Source: Methanomicrobia archaeon (GTDB lineage Archaea > Halobacteriota > Syntropharchaeia > Alkanophagales > Methanospirareceae). From it: a stretch of DNA of 64,000 bases. Below are positions 49,958-59,666 of this stretch, piece after piece (the first letter of the stretch is position 1; each line of letters starts with the position of its first letter). The DNA lies in assembly GCA_016930255.1 (NCBI GenBank), contig JAFGHB010000005.1:6942-70941 (forward strand), written 5' to 3'. The notes beneath the pieces are model-generated. The model did no database searches. It was not told the origin of the DNA and saw only the letters and a list, made by a program, of their open reading frames with translations. The translations under genes were made by a program, and so were the position numbers.

Positions 49958-50950
49958 TTATAGCCCAAGTCCAGTATAGAATGTTCCTATGTTTGGTAAG
50001 ATGTGCCCCATAGGCACGTTCGTACCGAACATCACTGCTCGTCCCATAAGCTCGCCGATGAGCACAACTACAAACAGAGCAATTGTGATCATCGAAGCCA
50101 TCGCCATGTTCTTCTTCGTCAGTGGCAATGCAAGTACTATGGCGCAGATGAAAGCCAAGCCGACGCCTATTATCCATCGTGCCATGTAGAGCGAGGAGTA
50201 TTCGCCCGATAGCATGCTCGTGAGTGTCTCCTCCTGTGCAACTAGTGCATATTCGGTCTCTGCAGTTTCCAACATGCCAGTATGTACGAAGAGTCCTACG
50301 GCCAGCACAATGATCATCACCAGCGAGAGCCCCATCGTAATCCAGAGCATCCGTGCTAACGGCTCGTCTCCCTCTTTCTTTATCGCATATTTCACCGAAA
50401 GTACTGCTGCCACCGCCGTGACACCGCCAAGCAGCGCGGTAACGTAGAAGAACAGTATCGTCGTTGGATGGTTCAAAGAGGGCAGCGTGTACACCATGTA
50501 CGCAGCCGCACTGATATAGGGGAACACAAGTCCCACAATCGCAGCTAAGACGCCAACAGGCTTTCGAAGCACCATGAGTTTTCCGACTATCGACGGTATC
50601 ACTGGGAACCATTTGAGACTGCCGTATTCCGGCTCAAAGAGCCACATCACCGTATATATCACTGCTAAGATGACAAAAACGGTAAGCACCAGTACTTCTT
50701 GACTCAGCAATGATGAGCTCACGTTTTTCGTCATCGTCATCATCGCTTGGATCGGTCGTGCCTCGTGCGAGAGTATCCCAATCAGGCCGATAACGGCAAC
50801 CGGGACACAGACCCATGCCCCAGTCTCAAAGAACTTCGCCTCGTCCTTGCCCTTTGCGAGGAAATCCGCGATGACCATTGCGATCAATGCACCCACTGAC
50901 ATCTGACTGAACACCGTGAAGATCACGTATGAAGTAACTGCACTACTCAT
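49958..50950 (-). CDS. DmsC/NrfD-type membrane anchor of molybdoenzyme
   Basis: IFTVFSQ.SVG, SH...P, S.LSQE, GELMGR..MF; about 8 TM. Confidence 0.8.
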   Translation of the reverse strand: MSSAVTSYVIFTVFSQMSVGALIAMVIADFLAKGKDEAKFFETGAWVCVPVAVIGLIGILSHEARPIQAMMTMTKNVSSSLLSQEVLVLTVFVILAVIYTVMWLFEPEYGSLKWFPVIPSIVGKLMVLRKPVGVLAAIVGLVFPYISAAAYMVYTLPSLNHPTTILFFYVTALLGGVTAVAAVLSVKYAIKKEGDEPLARMLWITMGLSLVMIIVLAVGLFVHTGMLETAETEYALVAQEETLTSMLSGEYSSLYMARWIIGVGLAFICAIVLALPLTKKNMAMASMITIALFVVVLIGELMGRAVMFGTNVPMGHILPNIGTFYTGLGL

Positions 50951-50967
50951 TGTTCTCTATTCCTCCA

Positions 50968-51507
50968 TTACACGCGCTCTTGCCAGGCCATTATGTTCCG
51001 AGACTTCGCTTCCCTATACTGAGACATTATTTCGTTTATATCGCCTCCAAGACGGGCCTTCGTCGAGCAGAACAGTGCACACCGTGGGCTTGGTTCTCTA
51101 TCGCTGGCTACCGGCACAAACGGCTGTACGCATAAGGTGCACTTGTCCATTATCCCTTCGTATTCCGCAGCCGCACCCTCCAGCTCATGCGGATATTGTG
51201 GTGCGCCAAATGGGCATGCCCACCCGCAATAGCCACAGCCGATGCACTTGTCCTTGTCCATCAGAACAATACCGTCCTCGTCTCGCTTCTCTATCGCCTT
51301 CACCGGACACGCAGCCTCACAGGGAGGATCCGTGCAGTGCATGCAGGATACTGGTATGTTCTTCTCGCCCGGTCGCCCCGCGTTAATCGTCACAACCTTC
51401 ACTCGGGCTGTTCCGTGAGGAACCTTGTTCTGGTCCTTGCAGATCGCAAAGCACGCTCCACAGTTTATGCACTTCTCAATTACGTTCAGGAATTTATAGG
51501 TTACCAT
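50968..51507 (-). CDS. fdhB: formate dehydrogenase iron-sulfur (beta) subunit
   Basis: CINCGAC..C, CMHC..P.C...CP, CIGCGYC..ACPFGAP, MDKCTLC. Confidence 0.88.
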   Translation of the reverse strand: MVTYKFLNVIEKCINCGACFAICKDQNKVPHGTARVKVVTINAGRPGEKNIPVSCMHCTDPPCEAACPVKAIEKRDEDGIVLMDKDKCIGCGYCGWACPFGAPQYPHELEGAAAEYEGIMDKCTLCVQPFVPVASDREPSPRCALFCSTKARLGGDINEIMSQYREAKSRNIMAWQERV

Positions 51508-51520
51508 TTTTCATTGCCTC

Positions 51521-54334
51521 CTACGCTTTGTACACCTTGCAAAGGCACGCTTTCGTCTCTTGCATGTTTGTCGACCTGTCGTATGCGTCCACACAGATGA
51601 TGTTAACGGAATCACCAAGTGCGAGTTCCGCGGTTCCAGGTGGGTATCTATCCTCATACGACACACCTTCAAACCAGCCGGCCCAGTGGTACGGACAGAA
51701 TATGGTCTGGTCGTTCACACGCTCCGTTACGTTCGCTCTCACTTTGATCCGTCCTCTCAGCGTCTCGACCCAGACGTAGTCCCAATGAGTGATACCGAGC
51801 TCCAGTGCTTTACTCGGGTTGATCTCAGCGTACATTTCAGGTTGTAGCTCCACCAGGTATTCACATGATCGCGTCTCCGCGCCGCCACCCATGTGCTCGA
51901 CCTGTCGTCCGGTCGTAAGAATGAGTGGGTAGTCATTCACCAGGTTCTTCCGCTGTTCCTGGATCGTCTTGTAAAGACACGGTGTCCGGTAGTGGTCCGC
52001 AACATCGTCATATGTCGGATATTTTGCAATCAGGTCAGGTCGTGGGCTCTCGATCGGCTCTCGGTGTATGGGAACTGGATCAGGCAGGTTCCACGCTCTG
52101 AATCGTGCTCTTCCTGCTCCTGACGGGCAGATATTCTGGTCCAGCAGTGACTTGAAATCAGCATCGATTTCTGTCTTCCAGCCGGGGCCGTCAGTACCAT
52201 CAGAGTTCTTCTCGTCGTAGCCTGGTCCGATGTATGAAGCACCTAACTGGCTCTCGCCATCGTCCGATACCGGATTTCCGGGTGTCGAATCCGCGCCTCT
52301 GAATCTCGGTCTAAATTCGTTGCCGCCTTCCCAGATCGGGATATCATTCCGGTACAAGATCGGTGTGCCAGGATGTTCATCGTTCCAGCAGGGCCATGGC
52401 AGTCCCCAGAATTCACCTTTCACCGGGCCACTCTTCGCCTGGCAATCCTCACAATCGAAGACGCTACACTCGGTAATACACTGCGTTTGCTGTCGCTTGA
52501 GCCGCTCTGGCGACTGGCGCATCATGATCACGTTAGCCCCAAGATTGATCTCCCTGAGCACGTCCTCCGGGTATTCGTTATAGGTGAAGTGCTCAGCGAA
52601 CCCAAGCCGGGTTGCAAGCTCCTTTATGATCCACCAATCAGGCTTGCTGTCGTAAAGGGGCTCCACGATCTTGTTTCGCCACTGCACCTGTCGCGCACTG
52701 TTCGAAACGCTTCCGGTTTCCTCGAATTGCGTTGCTGCAGGCAGTACGATGATCCCATCGGGTCGGTCCGCAAGTGAAGAAGCAATCGTCGCATGCGGGT
52801 CAACGCCAACGAGTAATTCGACCTTTTCCATCGCCAACTTCATCCGCTTCATCTCGGTGATCGAGTTCAGCGAATGGCCCCAGACAAACGCCATCTTGAT
52901 CGGGTTTGGCTGATTGATCGGGAATTCTTCATTGAGCACGCCTTCGTACCATCGTGAGACCGTTATTCCGTTATAGTTCATCATCGCCTTGCCATTGTGC
53001 TCCGCGAACTTCGCCTTCATCTCCTCGAAGGTTATTGGTGCATGCCTGTTCCAGACGCCGATCCAGTGCTTCCACGAGTTATCGTCGAGTCCATAGTATG
53101 CGGGCAGCCAGTGCGAAAGCACGCACATGTCAGTTGCGCCCTGCACGTTATCGTGGCCTCTGAACGCATTCGTTCCACCACCGGGTCTGCCGACATAGCC
53201 CATAAGCATCGAGAGGCAAGCCATTGCCCTGATGTTATTCGTGCCCACGGTGTGCTGTGTCGCGCCCATCGCCCAGCAGATACAATTAGCGTACCCTTCA
53301 CCGCGCGGTGGGAATGCCCAGTCTTGCGCGAGCTGTCGTATGGTAGCTGCAGGAACCCACGTAATGTCCTCCACAACTTCCGGGGTGTAGTCCTTTACGA
53401 CGTCCCACCATTTAGCAAACCCGTATGTCCTCTTTTCTATGAAATCCGTGTTGTGCCAGCCATTATTCACGATTACGTTCGCTACTCCCCATAGCAATGG
53501 AATATCCGTTCCAGACCTGAACCGCACGTACATATCTGCCGCTGCGGCAGACTTGGTGAAGCGCGGGTCACACACGATGAACTTTGCACCTCGCTTCTTC
53601 GCTTCGAGGATGTGCAACATCGCAACAGGATGCGAGTTGGCTGCGTTCTCACCGAAGAACAGAACGACCCCTGAGTTGCGCATGTCGTTCCACGGGTTGG
53701 TCATCGCACCATAACTCCACGTGTTCGCCAAACCGCCAACCGTTGTGGAATGGCATATCCGCGCCTGATGGTCTACGTTGTTCGTGCCGTTAAAGGCTGC
53801 GAATTTCCTGAATAAGTAGCACTCTTCATTGCTCGTCTTGGCAGATCCCATGTAAAAGATCGAATCGGGCCCGTAATTCGCCTTGATCTCCTTCATCTTG
53901 TCGGCGATCTTATCCAGGGCTGCGGTCCACGAGATCTCCTTCCACTGGCCCCCGACTTTCTCCATCGGTGTTCTCAGTCTGGTCGATGAGTTGAGTATCT
54001 CTGCTATCGATGTGCCCTTAGAACACATCGAGCCGCGATTTATCGGGTTCTCTAACCACGGTTCAAGACCGATGCATACACCATCCTTTATTTTACCATG
54101 GAATCCACATCCCACTGCACAGTGAGAACAGGTGGATTTCACGAGCGTCACACCGGCTTCTTCAGGAGCTGCCACTGCAGGTTCAATCAAATCACCGAGC
54201 TTGGAAGGATATGCACTGACGCCGCTGATACCACTCAGAGCTGCTGCAGTCCCTAAGGCACTCAGTTTTGTGAACGTCCGCCTTGACATCCTGATACCGC
54301 TATTTTTACCTATAGATTTTGTTCTTGCCGCCAT
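51521..54334 (-). CDS. fdhA: Tat-exported Mo/W formate dehydrogenase alpha subunit (Cys type)
   Basis: SRRTFTK Tat motif, CSHCAVGC...CSKG, DHQARICHSTTV, RGHDNVQGATD. Confidence 0.9.
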   Translation of the reverse strand: MAARTKSIGKNSGIRMSRRTFTKLSALGTAAALSGISGVSAYPSKLGDLIEPAVAAPEEAGVTLVKSTCSHCAVGCGFHGKIKDGVCIGLEPWLENPINRGSMCSKGTSIAEILNSSTRLRTPMEKVGGQWKEISWTAALDKIADKMKEIKANYGPDSIFYMGSAKTSNEECYLFRKFAAFNGTNNVDHQARICHSTTVGGLANTWSYGAMTNPWNDMRNSGVVLFFGENAANSHPVAMLHILEAKKRGAKFIVCDPRFTKSAAAADMYVRFRSGTDIPLLWGVANVIVNNGWHNTDFIEKRTYGFAKWWDVVKDYTPEVVEDITWVPAATIRQLAQDWAFPPRGEGYANCICWAMGATQHTVGTNNIRAMACLSMLMGYVGRPGGGTNAFRGHDNVQGATDMCVLSHWLPAYYGLDDNSWKHWIGVWNRHAPITFEEMKAKFAEHNGKAMMNYNGITVSRWYEGVLNEEFPINQPNPIKMAFVWGHSLNSITEMKRMKLAMEKVELLVGVDPHATIASSLADRPDGIIVLPAATQFEETGSVSNSARQVQWRNKIVEPLYDSKPDWWIIKELATRLGFAEHFTYNEYPEDVLREINLGANVIMMRQSPERLKRQQTQCITECSVFDCEDCQAKSGPVKGEFWGLPWPCWNDEHPGTPILYRNDIPIWEGGNEFRPRFRGADSTPGNPVSDDGESQLGASYIGPGYDEKNSDGTDGPGWKTEIDADFKSLLDQNICPSGAGRARFRAWNLPDPVPIHREPIESPRPDLIAKYPTYDDVADHYRTPCLYKTIQEQRKNLVNDYPLILTTGRQVEHMGGGAETRSCEYLVELQPEMYAEINPSKALELGITHWDYVWVETLRGRIKVRANVTERVNDQTIFCPYHWAGWFEGVSYEDRYPPGTAELALGDSVNIICVDAYDRSTNMQETKACLCKVYKA

Positions 54335-54812
54335 TATTTCACCTCTTTCTACTTCTATTTTACCTCCTCTAGTTGTAACTCGATACCTCTACTATATATA
54401 AAAGCTTTTCGGTTTTGACAGCCTTGTTCAAAACTAAGAACGTGCAGAGATCGATGGATTGTCACGGTATGCTGTATAGAACTATTCCTAGATCTGCATA
54501 TGAGATGGAGAATCTGACCTTGAAAGTAACTTGGTAACTAGCTGCTTCCTCGTTTCTGCCTCCAACACTCTAAAGATCACTGAAAAAAATCCAAACTGAC
54601 TTACATCTGGGCACGTAGATGAAGTGTCATGAGCGAAGAAGAGCTGACGGGGATTTAAACGTAACCTTTTCAAACAAGAGTGAAGAGAAGAAAGAGCGTT
54701 CCGCTTTTACCTCGTACTTCTCAACAGCAGATACGCCACCGCTAATAAGCCACTCGAAGCGAAAATCGCTTCGTAGCTTGGAGCCCCCGTCATAGGTGTA
54801 GGGCTAGAGCGG

Positions 54813-55343
54813 TTAGGTACTCGTACTTCTCAGTGTTTGTACTGCCTGCTCCAAATCCCCCTGCAGCCTTTTAAGCACTGCAACGGGTGTTGATGGTACC
54901 AATCCCAACGCATCAATTTCCCTAAAGTGGTTCGCAGCACTACTGATATAACCGGCCGCTGTTTCCAGATCATCAGGATCGTACTCCATTGCCCCCGACT
55001 CGATATATTCACAGCCCACTTTGAAATTCTCCAGTGCTAACGTCAAATGACTTTTTACCGGTTGCATCTCTGAAGAAACCTCGGAGCCCTCTAATTCCTC
55101 CAATGCCAGCGTAGCAATATCATAGCCACTCCGTGCCCCAGCCTCACACGTGGTACAGTCGAAATTCTCAATAGCAGAGGCCATAGTTGTCGCAGCGCTT
55201 TCGAGTTCAGTCATCGTAGCGCTATACCACTCCTCGAATTCGCGATCGTCCATGGATTGCTTTGAAATGCATGCAAGTGAAAATACTATCAAAACGAGAA
55301 GTAAAGCCGTAGCGAGATATCCAAAAAACTTTGCTTTTCTCAT
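54813..55343 (-). CDS. hypothetical helical lipoprotein
   Basis: basic N-terminus, hydrophobic stretch, LAC lipobox. Confidence 0.7.
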   Translation of the reverse strand: MRKAKFFGYLATALLLVLIVFSLACISKQSMDDREFEEWYSATMTELESAATTMASAIENFDCTTCEAGARSGYDIATLALEELEGSEVSSEMQPVKSHLTLALENFKVGCEYIESGAMEYDPDDLETAAGYISSAANHFREIDALGLVPSTPVAVLKRLQGDLEQAVQTLRSTST

Positions 55344-55496
55344 TTTTCACCTCCTTACAGTTAAGAAACTGCTTCCTGCTATAAAAAAGGGCAGCTTGTA
55401 GCGAGCAAATGATAAAAGTAGGGACCCTGAATGAAGGGAGTGAGTCAGACATAAGTTTATATAGCCGTGATAGCATCCCATTCATTACGCGAGGAA

Positions 55497-55892
55497 ATGA
55501 TAGATCAAGAAAAGAAGAGAAGGAAGAAGGAACTAACCGAGCTGCTTGAACGAGAGGCACTCTTTCTTGAAATTACACGAAAATTGCACGGACGAGTACA
55601 GAATGTCTTTGCTCCTCGGCCAGAATCGGTCGATACATTAGCTGAGGAACTCAAAGCCTGTGAAACTGACATTGTCAAGCGCTATTTCTTCCCAGTCGAC
55701 AAAACGATAGATACGTTTACCGATAAACCCTCCATTGCCCGTGAGGACCTGATTAAAGCAAGTGAAGAAGACCGACAGACGCTTCTCCGGTTTCTCGATG
55801 TCCTTGATAAGGCGGTTATGATTAAGGATGAGGAGATCACCGAATCAAAAAAGGAGATGAAAACAATCCGTGAACTACTTACGGACTCGTAA
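55497..55892 (+). CDS. hypothetical protein (helical, charged)
   Basis: open frame with TTTATA about 40 nt upstream; no recognised motif. Confidence 0.6.
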   Translation: MIDQEKKRRKKELTELLEREALFLEITRKLHGRVQNVFAPRPESVDTLAEELKACETDIVKRYFFPVDKTIDTFTDKPSIAREDLIKASEEDRQTLLRFLDVLDKAVMIKDEEITESKKEMKTIRELLTDS

Positions 55893-56058
55893 GACCTAAC
55901 GTGAAGGGCTCCTAAAGAACCCGCCCCAAATCCCGTAGAAGACAATTCAGGTCTATTTGCAAAGAGCGTCTTATAAAACCCTCAACGCCCCATACCTTGT
56001 TTGCGAGGGATATGGATAAATAAGAGAGGAGGCTTTTTATTTTATTTATTATAGAGAA

Positions 56059-57363
56059 ATGAAAAATCCTTACGAGCTGAGCGTTAGACTCATGTGCGAC
56101 AAAGCGGGAGAGAGAAGGAAGTTTGCAGCCCCTAAATTACCGCTAGGAATTGCTCTCTTTATTCTCTCACTCATCCTTATTTCCGGTATTGTAACTGCGA
56201 CCATTCCTCCTGTCGCTCGAGCTGCTAGTATTGCGCCACCGTTTAACCTTACAAGCATCGACGGCACGGATTTCAGTCTCAGTGATTACCGGGGAACGGT
56301 TGTGGTATTAGACTTAATGGCAAGCTGGTGCCAGGTATGCCCCCATGAAATGCCAGAACTCTCTACATTGAGAGAAGAACGCAGTGATGTCGTCATAATG
56401 ACCATATCTGTCGACCCCCTCGAGCAAGAGGAAAATTTAAGGAGCTTTAGAGAGACCTACGCCAGCAATGCAGACTGGCTTTTTGCGCGCGATACCGACA
56501 AAGTTTGGGATAAATATAGGGCCCTCTCTCTACCAATGATCGTGATAATAGACCCCGAAGGGTACATAAGCTTCCAGAAGGCTGGCCTTGTTCCAGCACA
56601 AGAACTTATAGCTGAGGTCGAACGAGCGTACGCCGGAGGGGGGGTTGAAGAGCCGGAGGAACCAGAAGAGCCCGAGGGGCCGTCGTCTACCATTCTGGGC
56701 TTGTACGTTTTAGCGTTGTTGACCGGCCTTTTGAGCTTCTTTGCTCCCTGTGCGTTTCCGTTGCTCCCGGGCTATATCAGCTACTACTTTGGCAGATACG
56801 AGGGGGGGCCAACGCTGAGCGGCTCAGTGAAAGCGGGAATAGCTTCCGCAACGGGGATAAATGGCATGTTCGCCTTAATAGGCGCTGCAGTGGCGGTAGG
56901 CGGTGTCGCGGTTAAACCGTATGTTACGTATTTCACACCCGTGGTTGGCGTTGTTATCGTTTTCCTGGGGCTCTCGATGGTCTTTGGCAGGGCAGAAATC
57001 TTCGAGCGATTCGGCGGGGTGCTCTCTTCCTACTCGTCGAAATTAGGCGGGAGGGCTCGGTACTCGGGACTCTTTTTGTACGGCGTTGGCTATGGGCTTG
57101 CCGCCATGGGCTGTCAAGCCCCGGTCTTCATTGCGCTTATTTTCGCTGGCTTAGCCACGGGCGGCGTTTTAGAGGCTTTCCTCGTATTCCTCTCATTTTC
57201 GATCGGAATGGGATGTATGATGATTACCGTCAGTGTAATCGTGGGAACGGCGAAGATGAAGCTCCTGGAACGCATGAGAGCTTTGACACCCTACCTCAAC
57301 CGAGCGTGCGGCGTCATACTTGTCATCGTTGGGGTCTACTTCTTATGGGAATACCTGATATAA
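56059..57363 (+). CDS. redoxin (TlpA-like) fused to CcdA/DsbD transmembrane domain
   Basis: signal/TM, ASWCQVC, then GLLSFFAPCAFPLLPGY and GC..P CcdA motifs. Confidence 0.88.
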   Translation: MKNPYELSVRLMCDKAGERRKFAAPKLPLGIALFILSLILISGIVTATIPPVARAASIAPPFNLTSIDGTDFSLSDYRGTVVVLDLMASWCQVCPHEMPELSTLREERSDVVIMTISVDPLEQEENLRSFRETYASNADWLFARDTDKVWDKYRALSLPMIVIIDPEGYISFQKAGLVPAQELIAEVERAYAGGGVEEPEEPEEPEGPSSTILGLYVLALLTGLLSFFAPCAFPLLPGYISYYFGRYEGGPTLSGSVKAGIASATGINGMFALIGAAVAVGGVAVKPYVTYFTPVVGVVIVFLGLSMVFGRAEIFERFGGVLSSYSSKLGGRARYSGLFLYGVGYGLAAMGCQAPVFIALIFAGLATGGVLEAFLVFLSFSIGMGCMMITVSVIVGTAKMKLLERMRALTPYLNRACGVILVIVGVYFLWEYLI

Positions 57364-57491
57364 CAACGCGTATCGTGATGGATTAGATTAAAGTCAAGGA
57401 GAGAGGGGACGCTACGCTGCGACCAGCATGCCCCAAAAAGTTGGTGATTGATAGAAAAATTTATATGGTATGAGACTCGATAGCATAGCAG

Positions 57492-58532
57492 GTGAGTATA
57501 AAAATGCTGAAAAAGAAGATCGGCTCTGGGACGGTTGTAGTTTCGCTCCTGCTTCTATCACTCCTCTTCTCCAGTCTCGCATCGGCAGCGCGTATCGACA
57601 TATCGGTGGATGAGGTGTATAACATGCTACAGGAAAATCCTGATGATATTATTCTGCTGGATACCAGACCCGAGTCAATCTATAATTCTGAGCACATAAC
57701 GGGGCCGAATTATCATGTCGTGAACATACCACTGAGTGTCGATACGACCGTTTTTGAAAGCGGTATCGAGGAATTGGACAAGTCGAAAATTGTTATCGCG
57801 TACTGCCAGGCGGGTCGTGCGAGTCAAGTGGCCGGCGATTTACTCGTCCAGCACGGCTTCGAGCGCGTGTATACGATGATTGGGGGGATCAATGCATGGA
57901 AAGAGAAATATCCCACAACGCTCACACCGCCAACGTCAACCAAGGCACCAACAGGGGCCATTGCGGCACCTCCGTTTACGCTTACAAGCATAGATGGAAC
58001 GACGTTCAGCATCGAGGAGTACCGAGGAAAGGTCGTCGTATTGACACTGATTCTAACGACTTGCCATCTATGCCAAGAAGAGATGGGGGAACTCGTACAG
58101 TTACGACAAGCGTATCCCGACGTCGCTATTATAACCGTGTCTATAGATCCGATGGAGACCGATGAGAATCTGAAGAACTTTAAAGAGCAATATAACGCTG
58201 ATTGGCTATTCGCACGGGATACCAACAATATTGCTTCGCGGTATCAGGGCTACGTTTTGGCCACGCCAACTATTGTGATTATCACGCCTGAAGGGTACAT
58301 AAGCTTCCGGAAAGTAGAAGTTGTCCCGTTAGAAGACCTGAAGTCTGCAATTGAGAGTGCTTACCAAGAAGAGGGGGAGCTGATACCGACACCAACACCT
58401 GCTCCAGAGGATGGGCAGATTCCCGGCTTTGAAGCTACGGCGGCAGTACTGATCATTGGCATCCTCGTGCTGGTGCAGCGGCGCGCAAAAGGGAGAAGGC
58501 GGCTTTGCTCCAGAAGTCGCTTCTGCTCCTAA
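57492..58532 (+). CDS. secreted rhodanese-redoxin fusion with PGF-CTERM anchor
   Basis: signal peptide, LD.R..Y..HI.G, YCQAGRAS, GG..AW; CHLC redoxin; IPGFE + TM + basic tail. Confidence 0.85.
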   Translation: MSIKMLKKKIGSGTVVVSLLLLSLLFSSLASAARIDISVDEVYNMLQENPDDIILLDTRPESIYNSEHITGPNYHVVNIPLSVDTTVFESGIEELDKSKIVIAYCQAGRASQVAGDLLVQHGFERVYTMIGGINAWKEKYPTTLTPPTSTKAPTGAIAAPPFTLTSIDGTTFSIEEYRGKVVVLTLILTTCHLCQEEMGELVQLRQAYPDVAIITVSIDPMETDENLKNFKEQYNADWLFARDTNNIASRYQGYVLATPTIVIITPEGYISFRKVEVVPLEDLKSAIESAYQEEGELIPTPTPAPEDGQIPGFEATAAVLIIGILVLVQRRAKGRRRLCSRSRFCS

Positions 58533-58677
58533 AGTCGGATGGTTGCTCCCAAAGTTCTCCAAAGTTTAAGACATTATGGGCAAAAATTTCCACCAAAAAA
58601 TTAATAAATTGTTAGATGAAGTAAGGTAGCTGGCAAAAATAGAAAACCTTTTAACCGTTTATGGCTTGAATAAGAGC

Positions 58678-59184
58678 ATGCAGGTAATATACGTTGATAC
58701 CTATTACTTTCAAGGCTATCTGTGGGGGGAGGAGGGTACCGACGAAAAAGAGGACGCAACAGAGAATTTAAATAAATTAAAATATGAAGTAGGTAAATAC
58801 GGCATTAAAGTCAAGATACCTTTCATCGTTCTCGGCGAATTGACGAATAACCTTATAAAAGAAGAGTTCGAGAGAACTAGAACAGAGGGCATTATGCAGG
58901 ATTTCTTTCGGTTGCGGAAAGATCTAGACGCAGATATTGTACCCCCTGATAGAAAATGCTATTTTAAAACCCAAACATTAATTAAGGAAGATAGTCGATT
59001 GATCGAAAGAGATCCGACTGATTGTTTAATAGCCTTGTGTGCCCTTTGTGATCCTTATTCAACATATCTTTTGATGCCTGATACTAGTATTATAGGTGCA
59101 CACTCATTGACAAAGATTGAAAAGGATATGCGAGAAAATGGAGAGAGAAATGAAAAACTGCACATTACCTATAGCTATGTTTAA
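58678..59184 (+). CDS. PIN-domain (VapC-like) protein
   Basis: IYVDT, VLGEL, TDCLIALCA, PD acidic tetrad. Confidence 0.7.
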   Translation: MQVIYVDTYYFQGYLWGEEGTDEKEDATENLNKLKYEVGKYGIKVKIPFIVLGELTNNLIKEEFERTRTEGIMQDFFRLRKDLDADIVPPDRKCYFKTQTLIKEDSRLIERDPTDCLIALCALCDPYSTYLLMPDTSIIGAHSLTKIEKDMRENGERNEKLHITYSYV

Positions 59185-59666
59185 ATAATGATCATCCCCG
59201 CTCTGCGTAAATCCGCAAATACTTTTGAAATCCGTTCTTCTGGCAAAAAACTTTTTATGTCGCAAGTTGTTGATAGAATTGATTTTTCTAATTTATCTCC
59301 TAAATATTTCCCTTTATACCTTTGGTATAGTGAGAGGATGGTTCCAGCTACCTCAAGCCACTCAGCGCCCTTGCCCCCTATCAGTTCCAAAAATTTTTTA
59401 GCCTTAAACCCCCCGAGTTCTTTTTTATAATCCCCTCCAAAAACTAACTTTGATTTGGCTATTTTATAATAGTCCTGAGCAAGGCTAGGTGAATACGGAC
59501 CCCTAAGATAAATCGTAGGGGAATACCCCACCTGGAGCCCCAAAAACTTAGCGATGTATACGTATTTTTGTAGCATTAGTCGGTGCTCGAATCTCGTAAC
59601 ATCGAACCCAAAGTCTGCTTCGCTTTCTAAGAATTTTAAAAAAGGCAACAACTTTGTTAGACTCAT
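59181..59666 (-). CDS. DUF4065/Panacea(SocA)/YwgA-like antitoxin-type protein
   Basis: RL.LQKYVY...Y.RGPYS..LA.D...WLE..GT motifs. Confidence 0.7.
   Translation of the reverse strand: MSLTKLLPFLKFLESEADFGFDVTRFEHRLMLQKYVYIAKFLGLQVGYSPTIYLRGPYSPSLAQDYYKIAKSKLVFGGDYKKELGGFKAKKFLELIGGKGAEWLEVAGTILSLYQRYKGKYLGDKLEKSILSTTCDIKSFLPEERISKVFADLRRAGMIII

Noticed and set aside
51521..54334. Selenocysteine recoding in FdhA, MvhD or HdrA
   Set aside because: All frames are open with Cys codons at the relevant positions, and there is no in-frame TGA.
54488..54673. 61-aa ORF upstream of fdhA
   Set aside because: No motif, RBS or convincing start.
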